NCBI GenBank assembly: GCA_944322935.1
Contig: CALUQO010000001.1
Span: 43,934 to 107,933 of the forward strand
Reading direction: 5' to 3'
DNA from: Candidatus Gastranaerophilales bacterium
Lineage (GTDB): Bacteria; Cyanobacteriota; Vampirovibrionia; Gastranaerophilales; Gastranaerophilaceae
DNA: 64,000 nucleotides
Positions 18,809 to 27,539 of this stretch are shown here, piece by piece. How positions within the stretch are numbered: the stretch's first letter is position 1; every line of letters begins with the position of its first letter. Both the position numbers and the translations under genes were made by a program. The notes below the pieces were generated by a model. That model was not told the DNA's origin, did not search any database, and was given only the letters and a program-made list of their open reading frames with translations.

Positions 18809-19357
18809 ATGAAAGTTACTGCTGTCTCTGCGAATGGACAAAATCGCATTAATTGTGCTGGAAAAAATCAGAAGAATAATCCGGCTTTTGAGGGTGTTTA
18901 TGTTAAAGGTCTAAAACAACAGGATATTTTGAACCTGTATGAAGACGGGCCAGGCATTTGGAGAATGATAAAAAACGTTACTCCTTATTTAAAAGAAAAA
19001 TTTCCGATGTTTCATACGGTTATTCAGGTAGGCAGAAATTATTTCCGTGATATTAATGTTTCATTTATCAGAAACAAAGCAATGGATCATGAGCTGAAAA
19101 ATTATATTGTTAACAAAAACAGCTCAACGTTCCAATTACCGGATTATATTGTAGATTCTTTCAGGTACGGAAGTGATGATTTTGCCGGATTTTTGGACGG
19201 AAAAAATTACACACCTATGCTAAAAATGCAATACGGAAAACTTGGTGAAGCGGATGCAACAAACCGTTTTATGAGATTTATACGCACAAACAATCAGGAC
19301 TCGGTCATAAGATATATGTATGAAAACGAGGGTTCAACAATAACAAATAACATATAG
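18809..19357 (+). CDS. hypothetical protein carrying the N-terminal M-K-V...PAFEG leader
   Basis: 182-aa ORF. Leader is MKVTAVSANGQNRINCAGKNQKNNPAFEG. No TM helix or Sec signal. Distantly similar layout to the next ORF (GP....I.PYL). Confidence 0.6.
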   Translation: MKVTAVSANGQNRINCAGKNQKNNPAFEGVYVKGLKQQDILNLYEDGPGIWRMIKNVTPYLKEKFPMFHTVIQVGRNYFRDINVSFIRNKAMDHELKNYIVNKNSSTFQLPDYIVDSFRYGSDDFAGFLDGKNYTPMLKMQYGKLGEADATNRFMRFIRTNNQDSVIRYMYENEGSTITNNI

Positions 19358-19387
19358 ATAACAGTAAATGGTCTGAGGTAAAAAATA

Positions 19388-20089
19388 ATGAAAATAAATT
19401 CAATAAATAACAGTCTGACAGTTCATAACTCCCGCAAAAATAACAACAAACATAAACCTGCTTTTGGGGCTAAGGTACAGTACTTTGATGTTGTAAAAGA
19501 TGTTGTTTCCAATGAATTAATAGACATAACCAAGGGCCCGCTAAAAACATTAACGGATAGAATCATACCTTATTTGCAAAGGCTGGATGATGACAATTTG
19601 ATAATAACAATCAGCGGTACCCAAAAAAAACCAGGGTTTCTGGATCTTTTTAAAAGCAAACCCGATCAGGGGCTTAAATTTGATTTAAATTATTTTGACG
19701 CAAAAAGATTCTATAATAAATTTATGTCCGATGCAGAACTGCCAAAATTTTTGGATCCTGAATATTTAAAAGGTTTCAAAAGAAAAGACGAAGTGCTTAT
19801 GAATACACTTACGGAAACCATCGGTGTCGGGAAAATATACAGGCCCGACAAAGGCGAAACTCCGGAACAATTTATTGGTGAGGTTATACCCAAAATACAA
19901 GAACATCTGAGAATTATGCCCAAACTCATAACAGAGGGCAGAGCTGATATAAAATACGATACAAAATTTCAACACTTTGTACAAAACGGTCAGATTGACC
20001 CGACTCAAAGAAGACCCTGGAATCTTTACAGGGGGATTGAATTTGATTATCCCAAAATAGAGTTTACGGACATGAAACAAGTTGTGTGA
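19388..20089 (+). CDS. hypothetical protein carrying the N-terminal M-K-I...PAFGA leader
   Basis: 233-aa ORF. Leader is MKINSINNSLTVHNSRKNNNKHKPAFGA. A GAGG RBS is present. Confidence 0.6.
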   Translation: MKINSINNSLTVHNSRKNNNKHKPAFGAKVQYFDVVKDVVSNELIDITKGPLKTLTDRIIPYLQRLDDDNLIITISGTQKKPGFLDLFKSKPDQGLKFDLNYFDAKRFYNKFMSDAELPKFLDPEYLKGFKRKDEVLMNTLTETIGVGKIYRPDKGETPEQFIGEVIPKIQEHLRIMPKLITEGRADIKYDTKFQHFVQNGQIDPTQRRPWNLYRGIEFDYPKIEFTDMKQVV

Positions 20090-20100
20090 TTTTAAATTTG

Positions 20101-20146
20101 CAAAACTGTCGTTAAGAAATAAAAAGTCTGACGGCAGTTTTGTTTG
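20101..20146. terminator. hairpin between convergent genes (probable bidirectional terminator)
   Basis: AAACTGTCGT ... ACGGCAGTTT forms a 10-bp stem (one G-U pair), flanked by A-run/T-run. Confidence 0.6.
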
Positions 20147-20151
20147 ATAAT

Positions 20152-20466
20152 TTATTTTACGAGTGCTTTGGCTATTTTATAAAAATCTTTCATTCTTTCG
20201 GGATTATTTTCTAGAATGTTTTCAATTTCCGCCTTTAAATCTTCTGTTGTGTTATGATGCTCAAACTGAAAAACATCACTAAAATCTGCATCAAGTACAA
20301 TTAAAATTTTTTCAAGAGTAGATATTAACGGATAATTTCTGCCTGTGACAATATTACTTAGAGTGGTCGGCTCTACACCAATGATTTCGGCAAGTTTTTC
20401 CTGACTGATATTTTTTTGCTTTATTAATTCTTTTATACGTTTACCAAGCAGCTTTTTTTTATCCAT
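20152..20466 (-). CDS. XRE-family helix-turn-helix transcriptional regulator
   Basis: LGKRIKELIKQKNISQEKLAEIIGVEPTTLSNIVTGRNYP is a typical HTH_3 domain. Confidence 0.85.
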   Translation of the reverse strand: MDKKKLLGKRIKELIKQKNISQEKLAEIIGVEPTTLSNIVTGRNYPLISTLEKILIVLDADFSDVFQFEHHNTTEDLKAEIENILENNPERMKDFYKIAKALVK

Positions 20467-20710
20467 ATTTTCAACTTTCAGTTTGCTACCTTTTTAATCG
20501 TACAAAATAAAACAAAACGCCGACATAAAATTATACTGACTTTGCAGCCGAGAAATCAGTATAAATATAAAAACATACCAAAATCTCCCGCGTATGCAAA
20601 ATTTATTCAAACTTCACATGTTGCTAAACCCTACGCACAAAAACTTTTAAGTCTCTCTGTTTTGTTGCACACAAAAATCACAATCGCAGCGTCAGAAGCG
20701 GGTTTGATTT

Positions 20711-22138
20711 TTACATATAATACGCAACTAGCTGGCACAAACGAATTATTTTATCCGCAAAAAGAGAAATCAGCACTGAGGCCACTGCACAAGCATACAG
20801 AATATACTTTGAGGATATCAGTCTTGTATCCGTCACAATTTCTGTTTCTATACGTCTGAACATCGCTCTGATTATACGCCAGTATGCGTATATCATAATT
20901 ACTGACGAAACAAGTGCCGCCAGCAAAAACGGAAGGAACACAAATCCGGAACGAGCTACTGCAGAAAAAACATACAACTTAGCAACAAAACCACACGTAG
21001 GAGCTACCCCTGCAAGTGCGATAAGTATTATTGTAAACGCTATTACATAATACGGTCTGTGATACAATATCCCCTTCAAGTCGTCCAGTTTTTCAAGCTT
21101 TGCAGAGTTATACAGCAATATGATTGCCGCCCAGGCTCCTATATTTACGAACATATAACAAAACAAATAAAACAATACACTCGACAAACTGTAAACAGAA
21201 AACACGCATAATCCCAAAAGCATTATACCGGATTGAACACTCATTGAATAGGCCATGAGACGTTTGAGGTTTTCCTGCCTTATTGCGGACAAAGAGCCAA
21301 AAAGTATTGTTAACACAGCAATAAACGCCAGTACTATTTTCATTGTAAAAGTATAAGTCAAAAAAGTCATAAGTATTCTGGACAAAGCCCCAAAACATGC
21401 CAGCACCGGAATACAAGACATATATGCGCCGATAGGATAATTCGCCCCCTCAAACGTATCGGGCAGCCAGCTTGAAAAAGGCACAAGCCCCAGTTTAAAC
21501 AGCATGGTACAAATCATCAGTATCAATGCAAAGGTGAGCAGTATTTGAGAAGGGTTCTGGCTGAAACACAGGCTGACCTTTGCATAATCCAGCTGTGCGC
21601 ACATTCCGTATATAATCGACAGTCCCATCAAAAAGAAAGACGAAACCACTGCCCCCTGCACAAGGTATCCGAAGGTAAGCTGTTTTGCGTTAGGGCTTTT
21701 GTTCAAAGCCAAAAGCAGATAACAGCTCAGTCCCAGTGCCTCGAGCGCAACAAAAAGAGACACAAAATTAACCGAGCTGACAGCACACATTGCAAAAAGC
21801 AGACCCGACAAAAATACACAGAAATACTCGGACGCCCTATCACGCTTTTCCCGTATCATATTGCGTGAAAGCAGAACCAGAAAGAAACCGCTGCTTAAAA
21901 TGAGTATTTTAAAAAACACTGTATAAATGTTTGTTAAAAACATATTGTCAAACGCAAACACCTCGGGATCTATCTGTAAATATATTGTGGAGCCTATGGC
22001 CAGCACAATTCCAAGAAGCGTTGTCCATTTTGATATACGATAAACCGACATCCCTGCAAATAAGGAGAACACAAGATTTATAACGACGAATATCAGTATA
22101 ATAAATTCGGGCAAATATGCGGCTACAAGTTCTGACAT
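20711..22138 (-). CDS. nuoN: NuoN/NdhB-like antiporter-type subunit (divergent)
   Basis: About 14 TM helices. FVALEALGLSCYLLLAL and LFKLGLVPFSSWLPD motifs. Start set at ATG 22138 (RBS GAGAGG) rather than the upstream GTG. Confidence 0.8.
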   Translation of the reverse strand: MSELVAAYLPEFIILIFVVINLVFSLFAGMSVYRISKWTTLLGIVLAIGSTIYLQIDPEVFAFDNMFLTNIYTVFFKILILSSGFFLVLLSRNMIREKRDRASEYFCVFLSGLLFAMCAVSSVNFVSLFVALEALGLSCYLLLALNKSPNAKQLTFGYLVQGAVVSSFFLMGLSIIYGMCAQLDYAKVSLCFSQNPSQILLTFALILMICTMLFKLGLVPFSSWLPDTFEGANYPIGAYMSCIPVLACFGALSRILMTFLTYTFTMKIVLAFIAVLTILFGSLSAIRQENLKRLMAYSMSVQSGIMLLGLCVFSVYSLSSVLFYLFCYMFVNIGAWAAIILLYNSAKLEKLDDLKGILYHRPYYVIAFTIILIALAGVAPTCGFVAKLYVFSAVARSGFVFLPFLLAALVSSVIMIYAYWRIIRAMFRRIETEIVTDTRLISSKYILYACAVASVLISLFADKIIRLCQLVAYYM

Positions 22139-22163
22139 TATTCCTCTCACACCTATAGAATTT

Positions 22164-23687
22164 TCACACCTGAAGTATATCCAAAATTATACTGGAAACA
22201 GACTGATAAATTTGAATTATACTCATCGGATTTATACCAAAATACACAATCACAAGACACAAGGCGCTAAGTACGCTTGTTTCCTGAGGAGAAAGATCCT
22301 TAACCCCTTTCCATTGTTCCAAAAGCACAGAACAAAATACTTTATAGAAGAAATATAGAATATACCCAGCAGACACCATCATTGCCACAAGCCCTATTGC
22401 TGCACTGATTTTGACAAGCAGCTGCTGATCAAGGTTGGATAACATTGCGCCTGCAAGCACCATTAATTTTGGTGTAAACATCATCAAGAACGGTATTCCT
22501 ATCGCGGCAAAGCAGATTATAAGCGCCAGATACATACACTTTGGCATAACCTGTCCCAAACCGCCAAGAGCTGTTATATAAGTGGTTTTGGTTCTAAACT
22601 CTACGCTTGAAATCACCACAAAAAGCGCAGCGTACACAACAGCACACGCTATTGTCATGAACACAGCACCGTTAAATCCTGTTTGGTTTAATGCTGCAAG
22701 ACCCAGCATAACAAAGCCTGTCGCTGCAACATTAGAATACGATACCATTTTTTTTACACCTGCCTGAATAACGGATAAAGCCCCGCAATAAATGATATTA
22801 AGCAGTCCCCATACCATTAAAACAGGTGCAAAGAGTTTGAATATTTCTGGAAATACCTGCATATTAAAGCGAATCAGCCCGTAAACACCCGTTGCACTTA
22901 ACATAGCGGCAAGCAATATATTTACAGGTGCTGCAGACTTGCTCTGTATATCAGGATACCAATTGTGAAAAGGTACAAGAGGTATCCTCACAACAAAGCC
23001 TATGAGAAAGTTTACAAACACCATTACCTGAAACCACATCGGATAAATCTTTTCATCCATGTTAAGTGATTCGATGTTTGCTGTCAGCACATTACTTACT
23101 GCAAAATTGTAATAATACAAAATCAACATACCAAAAAACAGGAACATATTGGCAACAAAAGAAGAGAGCGTAAATTTTATCGCAGCTCCTCTTGCCTCTG
23201 AGTTCCCCCACTGAGAAACAAGAAAATAAACAGGTACAAGCAAAAGTTCCCAGAAAACAAAGAACAAAAACATATCCTTAGCGCAGAATATGCCAAGAAC
23301 AGCGGATTCCAGCAAAAACACCATTGAATAATAGAGTTTATGTTTTGTTCTTATGTGCATTTTACTCATAAACAGTGCAATTAATACAATAAACGTTGTT
23401 AGTACAGACAACAGCAAGGTCATCCCGTCAACAGCAAACTTTGCGCTGATACCAAGTGTCTTAAGCCAGCTCATACCAAAAAACGTAAGCTCTTTTTCAA
23501 AAGACATTCCGTACATACTTGCATCAAAAAACAGCAAAAACAAAAGGGAATATACAAAATGCAGACCGGCAAACCACTTTGCAAAACGTCTTATTCTAAC
23601 CTGATGGTTAGGAAACACAGGCAGCATTATCAATATTGCCGCTATAACAGGAAGAAATATTAACCATATTAAAGATAAAAAATTCAT
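22164..23687 (-). CDS. nuoM: NuoM/NdhD-like antiporter-type subunit (divergent)
   Basis: FFVFWELLLVPVYFLVSQWG and IPLVPFHNWYPD motifs. AAGGGG RBS. Confidence 0.85.
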   Translation of the reverse strand: MNFLSLIWLIFLPVIAAILIMLPVFPNHQVRIRRFAKWFAGLHFVYSLLFLLFFDASMYGMSFEKELTFFGMSWLKTLGISAKFAVDGMTLLLSVLTTFIVLIALFMSKMHIRTKHKLYYSMVFLLESAVLGIFCAKDMFLFFVFWELLLVPVYFLVSQWGNSEARGAAIKFTLSSFVANMFLFFGMLILYYYNFAVSNVLTANIESLNMDEKIYPMWFQVMVFVNFLIGFVVRIPLVPFHNWYPDIQSKSAAPVNILLAAMLSATGVYGLIRFNMQVFPEIFKLFAPVLMVWGLLNIIYCGALSVIQAGVKKMVSYSNVAATGFVMLGLAALNQTGFNGAVFMTIACAVVYAALFVVISSVEFRTKTTYITALGGLGQVMPKCMYLALIICFAAIGIPFLMMFTPKLMVLAGAMLSNLDQQLLVKISAAIGLVAMMVSAGYILYFFYKVFCSVLLEQWKGVKDLSPQETSVLSALCLVIVYFGINPMSIIQIYQSVSSIILDILQV

Positions 23688-23703
23688 CTATAAAACCCCT
23701 TAA

Positions 23704-24861
23704 TTAGCCCTTTATAAGTAAAACATAAAATATCAAAACAAATGTAAGTATTGCTACAAGCCCAAGCAGCGAGTATATTAAATACGACTGAAAATTGCCG
23801 CCCTGGAAGCGTCCGCTTACATAAGACAGCGCCCTAAAAAGCAATGCAACCAAATTTATAAATGTTTCAACAACATATTTTTCTATCCAACCCGCAACAC
23901 GACAAAGCGGAATAAAAAACCTGTTGGCTATACCAAAAGACACAAATATAAAAATAAGAACAGGAATAGTCCACCAGAAATTCTTGGATAGCTCAAAAAA
24001 GAACGGGTTTAGCCTGATAAACAAAAACACACCTACAAGCGCAAAAAGGCTGTTTTGATACAGAATTATTTTTGAAGTGTCAGTTTTATTACTGGATTCA
24101 AACGTTATATAAATAAATGCCTGCATAAATTTCATTATCACTACAAACATAAGCAGCGAGCAGAAAAATACAAAAACAGGTTCGGCCATAAGCGAATGGA
24201 TACTTCCCGCAATATTGCCAATATTCGAATAAGCAAGAGCAGATAATCCGGAAAGCTCATTATACACAACGGAAAAATACATTGTGACAAGAACATCCAA
24301 AAGTAATATTAAATCACCGACTCTGTTAAAGATGTAAGATTTTATTGCAGCTTTAGACTCTGCTCTGTTTTCAAAATCAAAATTTATCAAAAGGTAGCTT
24401 GCAACCCCAGCAACTTCGCAGAACAAATATGTCTGGAACAGATTAGAGCTGATAAATATACCATTCAAACCAAGGGCAAAAAAGTTTATATACAAAAGCA
24501 AACGTGAAAAATCATTATGCTCCCTAAGCTTGAAAAACGCAAAATTCTGTATAAAAAATGCCGCCACGTTAGTAAGTAAAACAAAGCTTACAGCTGTTTT
24601 ATCTATGTATGTTCCCATATAAAGACTGATATTTTCAAGCGATATCCATTGAAAATTTTGGGTTAATGACAGATTTTTCATTACAGAAAAATCAAACACC
24701 GCAGCAGAAAATATCATACATATAAATGCAGATATTATACTTATTGAAAAAATTGTTGCCTTATCAATTCTGTTAGAAATAAGACGATTAAACCCTATTA
24801 TCAAACATATAATAAGAGGCAGAAAAACAACAAGATTTATGTTATCCGTAAAAAACTCCAT
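23704..24861 (-). CDS. nuoL: NuoL-like subunit, short (385 aa) and divergent
   Basis: The N-terminal half matches NuoL (CEVAGVASYLLINF....AAIKSYIFNRVGD). The extreme C-terminus matches the NuoL tail (RFQGGNFQSYLIYSLLG). About 230 aa of the usual central region are absent. Confidence 0.7.
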   Translation of the reverse strand: MEFFTDNINLVVFLPLIICLIIGFNRLISNRIDKATIFSISIISAFICMIFSAAVFDFSVMKNLSLTQNFQWISLENISLYMGTYIDKTAVSFVLLTNVAAFFIQNFAFFKLREHNDFSRLLLYINFFALGLNGIFISSNLFQTYLFCEVAGVASYLLINFDFENRAESKAAIKSYIFNRVGDLILLLDVLVTMYFSVVYNELSGLSALAYSNIGNIAGSIHSLMAEPVFVFFCSLLMFVVIMKFMQAFIYITFESSNKTDTSKIILYQNSLFALVGVFLFIRLNPFFFELSKNFWWTIPVLIFIFVSFGIANRFFIPLCRVAGWIEKYVVETFINLVALLFRALSYVSGRFQGGNFQSYLIYSLLGLVAILTFVLIFYVLLIKG

Positions 24862-25187
24862 TAATTCTCCTTATCTTTAATTTTTTCAGCATCAAGATAC
24901 TCGTTTGCCTGATAAATTTTATACAAAATTACAAGCGCAATGATTGTTTGTATTACAGCGAGAATAAGCACAAAAACGCTTATCATATTGGCATTTTCCA
25001 TACTTCTGTCGCAATAATAGCCGAATGCGGCAAAATTTATCACTGAGGAAACCGACATTATAAAAAGCGACATTACCGTCCTTAACATGTTACGGGAAAT
25101 CAAAACTCCCAACAATCCTGTCAAAAACAATATCAAAGACAAAATTAAAAAATGAGCAAGACCTATATTAAGCAATGAATTTATCAT
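24861..25187 (-). CDS. nuoK: NuoK/NdhE-like subunit (divergent)
   Basis: 108 aa with 3 TM helices. HFLILSLILFLTGLLGVLISRNML matches the NuoK N-terminus. Both ends are translationally coupled (TAATG and ATGA overlaps). Confidence 0.8.
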   Translation of the reverse strand: MINSLLNIGLAHFLILSLILFLTGLLGVLISRNMLRTVMSLFIMSVSSVINFAAFGYYCDRSMENANMISVFVLILAVIQTIIALVILYKIYQANEYLDAEKIKDKEN

Positions 25188-25717
25188 AACTTATTTTCCT
25201 CCTGCTCTTTAGGCTGCTCCACAGAAAGCGAATTATCCAAAAAGACTCTCAAAACGACTGCCGACACCAGCACAAACACCCCGACCAGACTCAATGGATA
25301 AAGGTAATGCCTGAAATTCACCGTGTCAAAAGATTTTTCTACTACCGCATTGAAAAAAGAATAAAGCGAGCTGTCAAATTCCTGAAAGAAATACAATACA
25401 AACAATCCGCCGAATAACAGGACAAACACACTGCTTACAAGTATTTTGGAAAAAGGTGCAAGCCCCAATCTTAAATTTATTCGTCCTATTTTTTTTATCA
25501 AAAGGAAAATATACACAGACAAAAACAATCCGCAAAGTATAAACTGAAACACCGAAAGATAAACAGAGTTTAAGTATAAATATATAAGGCTAGAAAAACA
25601 CACAAACAAAAATAAAGATATCGCAGACAGATACATCATTGGTGCAAATATTATCCCAAATGCAGAGCAGATGATTCCAAAAAACAGAAAATAAAAATAT
25701 ATCAAATTTGTAACCAC
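25184..25717 (-). CDS. nuoJ: NuoJ/NdhG-like subunit (divergent)
   Basis: 177 aa with about 5 TM helices, in the position and order expected for nuoJ upstream of nuoK. GTG start 6 nt after AGGAG. Sequence similarity to NuoJ is weak, so the call relies partly on gene order. Confidence 0.6.
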   Translation of the reverse strand: MVTNLIYFYFLFFGIICSAFGIIFAPMMYLSAISLFLFVCFSSLIYLYLNSVYLSVFQFILCGLFLSVYIFLLIKKIGRINLRLGLAPFSKILVSSVFVLLFGGLFVLYFFQEFDSSLYSFFNAVVEKSFDTVNFRHYLYPLSLVGVFVLVSAVVLRVFLDNSLSVEQPKEQEENKL

Positions 25718-25810
25718 TCTGCACTCCTGTAATGTGTGTCTTTTTTATTTATACCACATATTGATGATGTTATAATTAGAATGTTGTGAATTATTAAGTT
25801 CAATTTTTAT

Positions 25811-26506
25811 ATGAAAAAAAATATTTTTATTATAACAATGCTTTTATGTTTTCTGTTGTGTTATTATACGCCGAAAACAAACGCAGAAACAGCGGAGCCC
25901 TTAAAAAATGAACCCCTTGCAAATTCTTACTGCGCAAAAGGCGACAAAATCCTTGATTACTATGAAAAACTTTCAGACAAAACAGACTCGAATAAATATC
26001 TGATTGCTGCTAAGTATTATTATTATCAGGCGGCAAGGGTTGATATTTCAAATCAGAATTCCTTTGTCGGAATGGCAAGAATTTCTCTTTATCAGGGAAA
26101 AACCAAAGATGCAAAAAATGCGCTTATGATTGCGCTAAATGTTAACGAAAAGAATCCCAAAGTAAGCTTTTATCTTGGCGAGGCATTTTTTATGGAGCAA
26201 GAGTACTTTCAGGCTATAGATTTTTATACCTGGGCGTATTCGAACGGATACCAAAAAGATTTCAAAACAAATTACAAACTCGGGGTATGTTACGAAAAAT
26301 TAAATGATATAGAAAAAGCAAAATATCATTATCAAAAAGCAATAAATGCAAGACCCAATGACGCGGAAGTAAAACAACGTCTGCAGAGTTTAATGACAAC
26401 AGAGGCAGAATACCAAAATACAAATACTAAAGATATTCTGTATCCGCCTAAGGATTATGCAATAGACAAAAGTGATATGGAAAAACTTAATATGCCGAAT
26501 TTGTAA
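25811..26506 (+). CDS. secreted TPR-repeat protein
   Basis: Signal peptide MKKNIFIITMLLCFLLCYYTPKTNA, followed by several TPR-like repeats (AKYYYYQAARVD, FYLGEAFFMEQEYFQAIDFY, YKLGVCYEKLNDIEKAKYHYQKAI). Confidence 0.8.
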   Translation: MKKNIFIITMLLCFLLCYYTPKTNAETAEPLKNEPLANSYCAKGDKILDYYEKLSDKTDSNKYLIAAKYYYYQAARVDISNQNSFVGMARISLYQGKTKDAKNALMIALNVNEKNPKVSFYLGEAFFMEQEYFQAIDFYTWAYSNGYQKDFKTNYKLGVCYEKLNDIEKAKYHYQKAINARPNDAEVKQRLQSLMTTEAEYQNTNTKDILYPPKDYAIDKSDMEKLNMPNL

Positions 26507-26630
26507 TATCTTTCTTATAGTCAACAGCCACCACAGAATAATTATCACGCAACAAAGTGCAACACCTTATACAGGGCAAAACTGCGGGATGTCCTTTTTG
26601 CATACAAAAATGATGGTTCACTCTGACAAA

Positions 26631-27539
26631 CTATTTTGTCTTTGATATTTTTTCTTCTCTTTTTTCAAGAGTCTCTTCAAACTGAGCCATTGCCTCCATT
26701 CCCACCAGCTGTTCAAGAGCGGAGCGTTTTGATAAAAAATCAGAACGCAGCTTGCTTTGTTTGTTTAATGCCTCTCTGTAAAAAACATCCAGCATTATTA
26801 TCTGAGAATCCGAAAGCCCTTTTGTGTCGCTAAAATCCTTTCTCCTTTTTGCAACAAGCAAATCAGAACGCTGTAAGGCTTGACGCGAGGTCATGTAATC
26901 AAAATAATAAAATATAATTTTTCGCTGAAGTTCTTCAATCTTTCTGATTAACACAACCATATCTGCATCGTTAACTTTAGAAAATTTGTAGTTTAAATCC
27001 TTGTCATCCACAGACAAAGATCCCAGCACACTGCTGCCCATGATAGACGAAATTGCGGCAATCGGATTGCCTATACCTATACCGGCAAGACTACCCACTG
27101 TGGATATCGGCTGAATGATTTTTTTTACAATGCTTTCGTCAGGCTTGTCTTCATCGGGATTAGAAAGTTTGTAGACAATAAATTTAACAGTCTGGCTGTT
27201 TTGTGCTGCTCCTATCCACAAAAGTTGGATATCCGCCAGCATATCGGCTGATTCCAGCTCGGCATCGTCGCTGATTTCTTTTGCAATTTTTTTAAGACTC
27301 AAATCAGCATAAGTGATATTTTTTATTGCCTCTGCTTCTTTATCAAGTTTTGCGTCCTTTGCCTTTATTTCTTTATTTGCTTCAGAAACCTTGTATTTGT
27401 TTTCAGGTGCGGAACCTACACCCAGACGATAAGCAGGAGGCAGGGGCTCGGTTATTTCTTCAACGGAAATTGCGTAACAGGTCTGCAGTGTAAAAGCCGC
27501 AGCAAGCAAAACGGGAAAAAGTTTATTTTTTATCATCAT
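26631..27539 (-). CDS. secreted coiled-coil protein, paralog of the upstream gene
   Basis: Start placed at MMIKNKLFPVLLAAAFTLQTCYA (signal peptide) just after AAGGGGG. The second ATG at 27536 is equally possible. The C-terminal helical repeats weakly resemble outer-membrane-efflux (TolC-type) repeats. Confidence 0.65.
   Translation of the reverse strand: MMIKNKLFPVLLAAAFTLQTCYAISVEEITEPLPPAYRLGVGSAPENKYKVSEANKEIKAKDAKLDKEAEAIKNITYADLSLKKIAKEISDDAELESADMLADIQLLWIGAAQNSQTVKFIVYKLSNPDEDKPDESIVKKIIQPISTVGSLAGIGIGNPIAAISSIMGSSVLGSLSVDDKDLNYKFSKVNDADMVVLIRKIEELQRKIIFYYFDYMTSRQALQRSDLLVAKRRKDFSDTKGLSDSQIIMLDVFYREALNKQSKLRSDFLSKRSALEQLVGMEAMAQFEETLEKREEKISKTK

Noticed and set aside
20542-20859. 105-aa plus-strand ORF between the XRE gene and nuoN
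   Set aside because: It overlaps the 3' end of nuoN on the opposite strand and has no RBS and no family resemblance.
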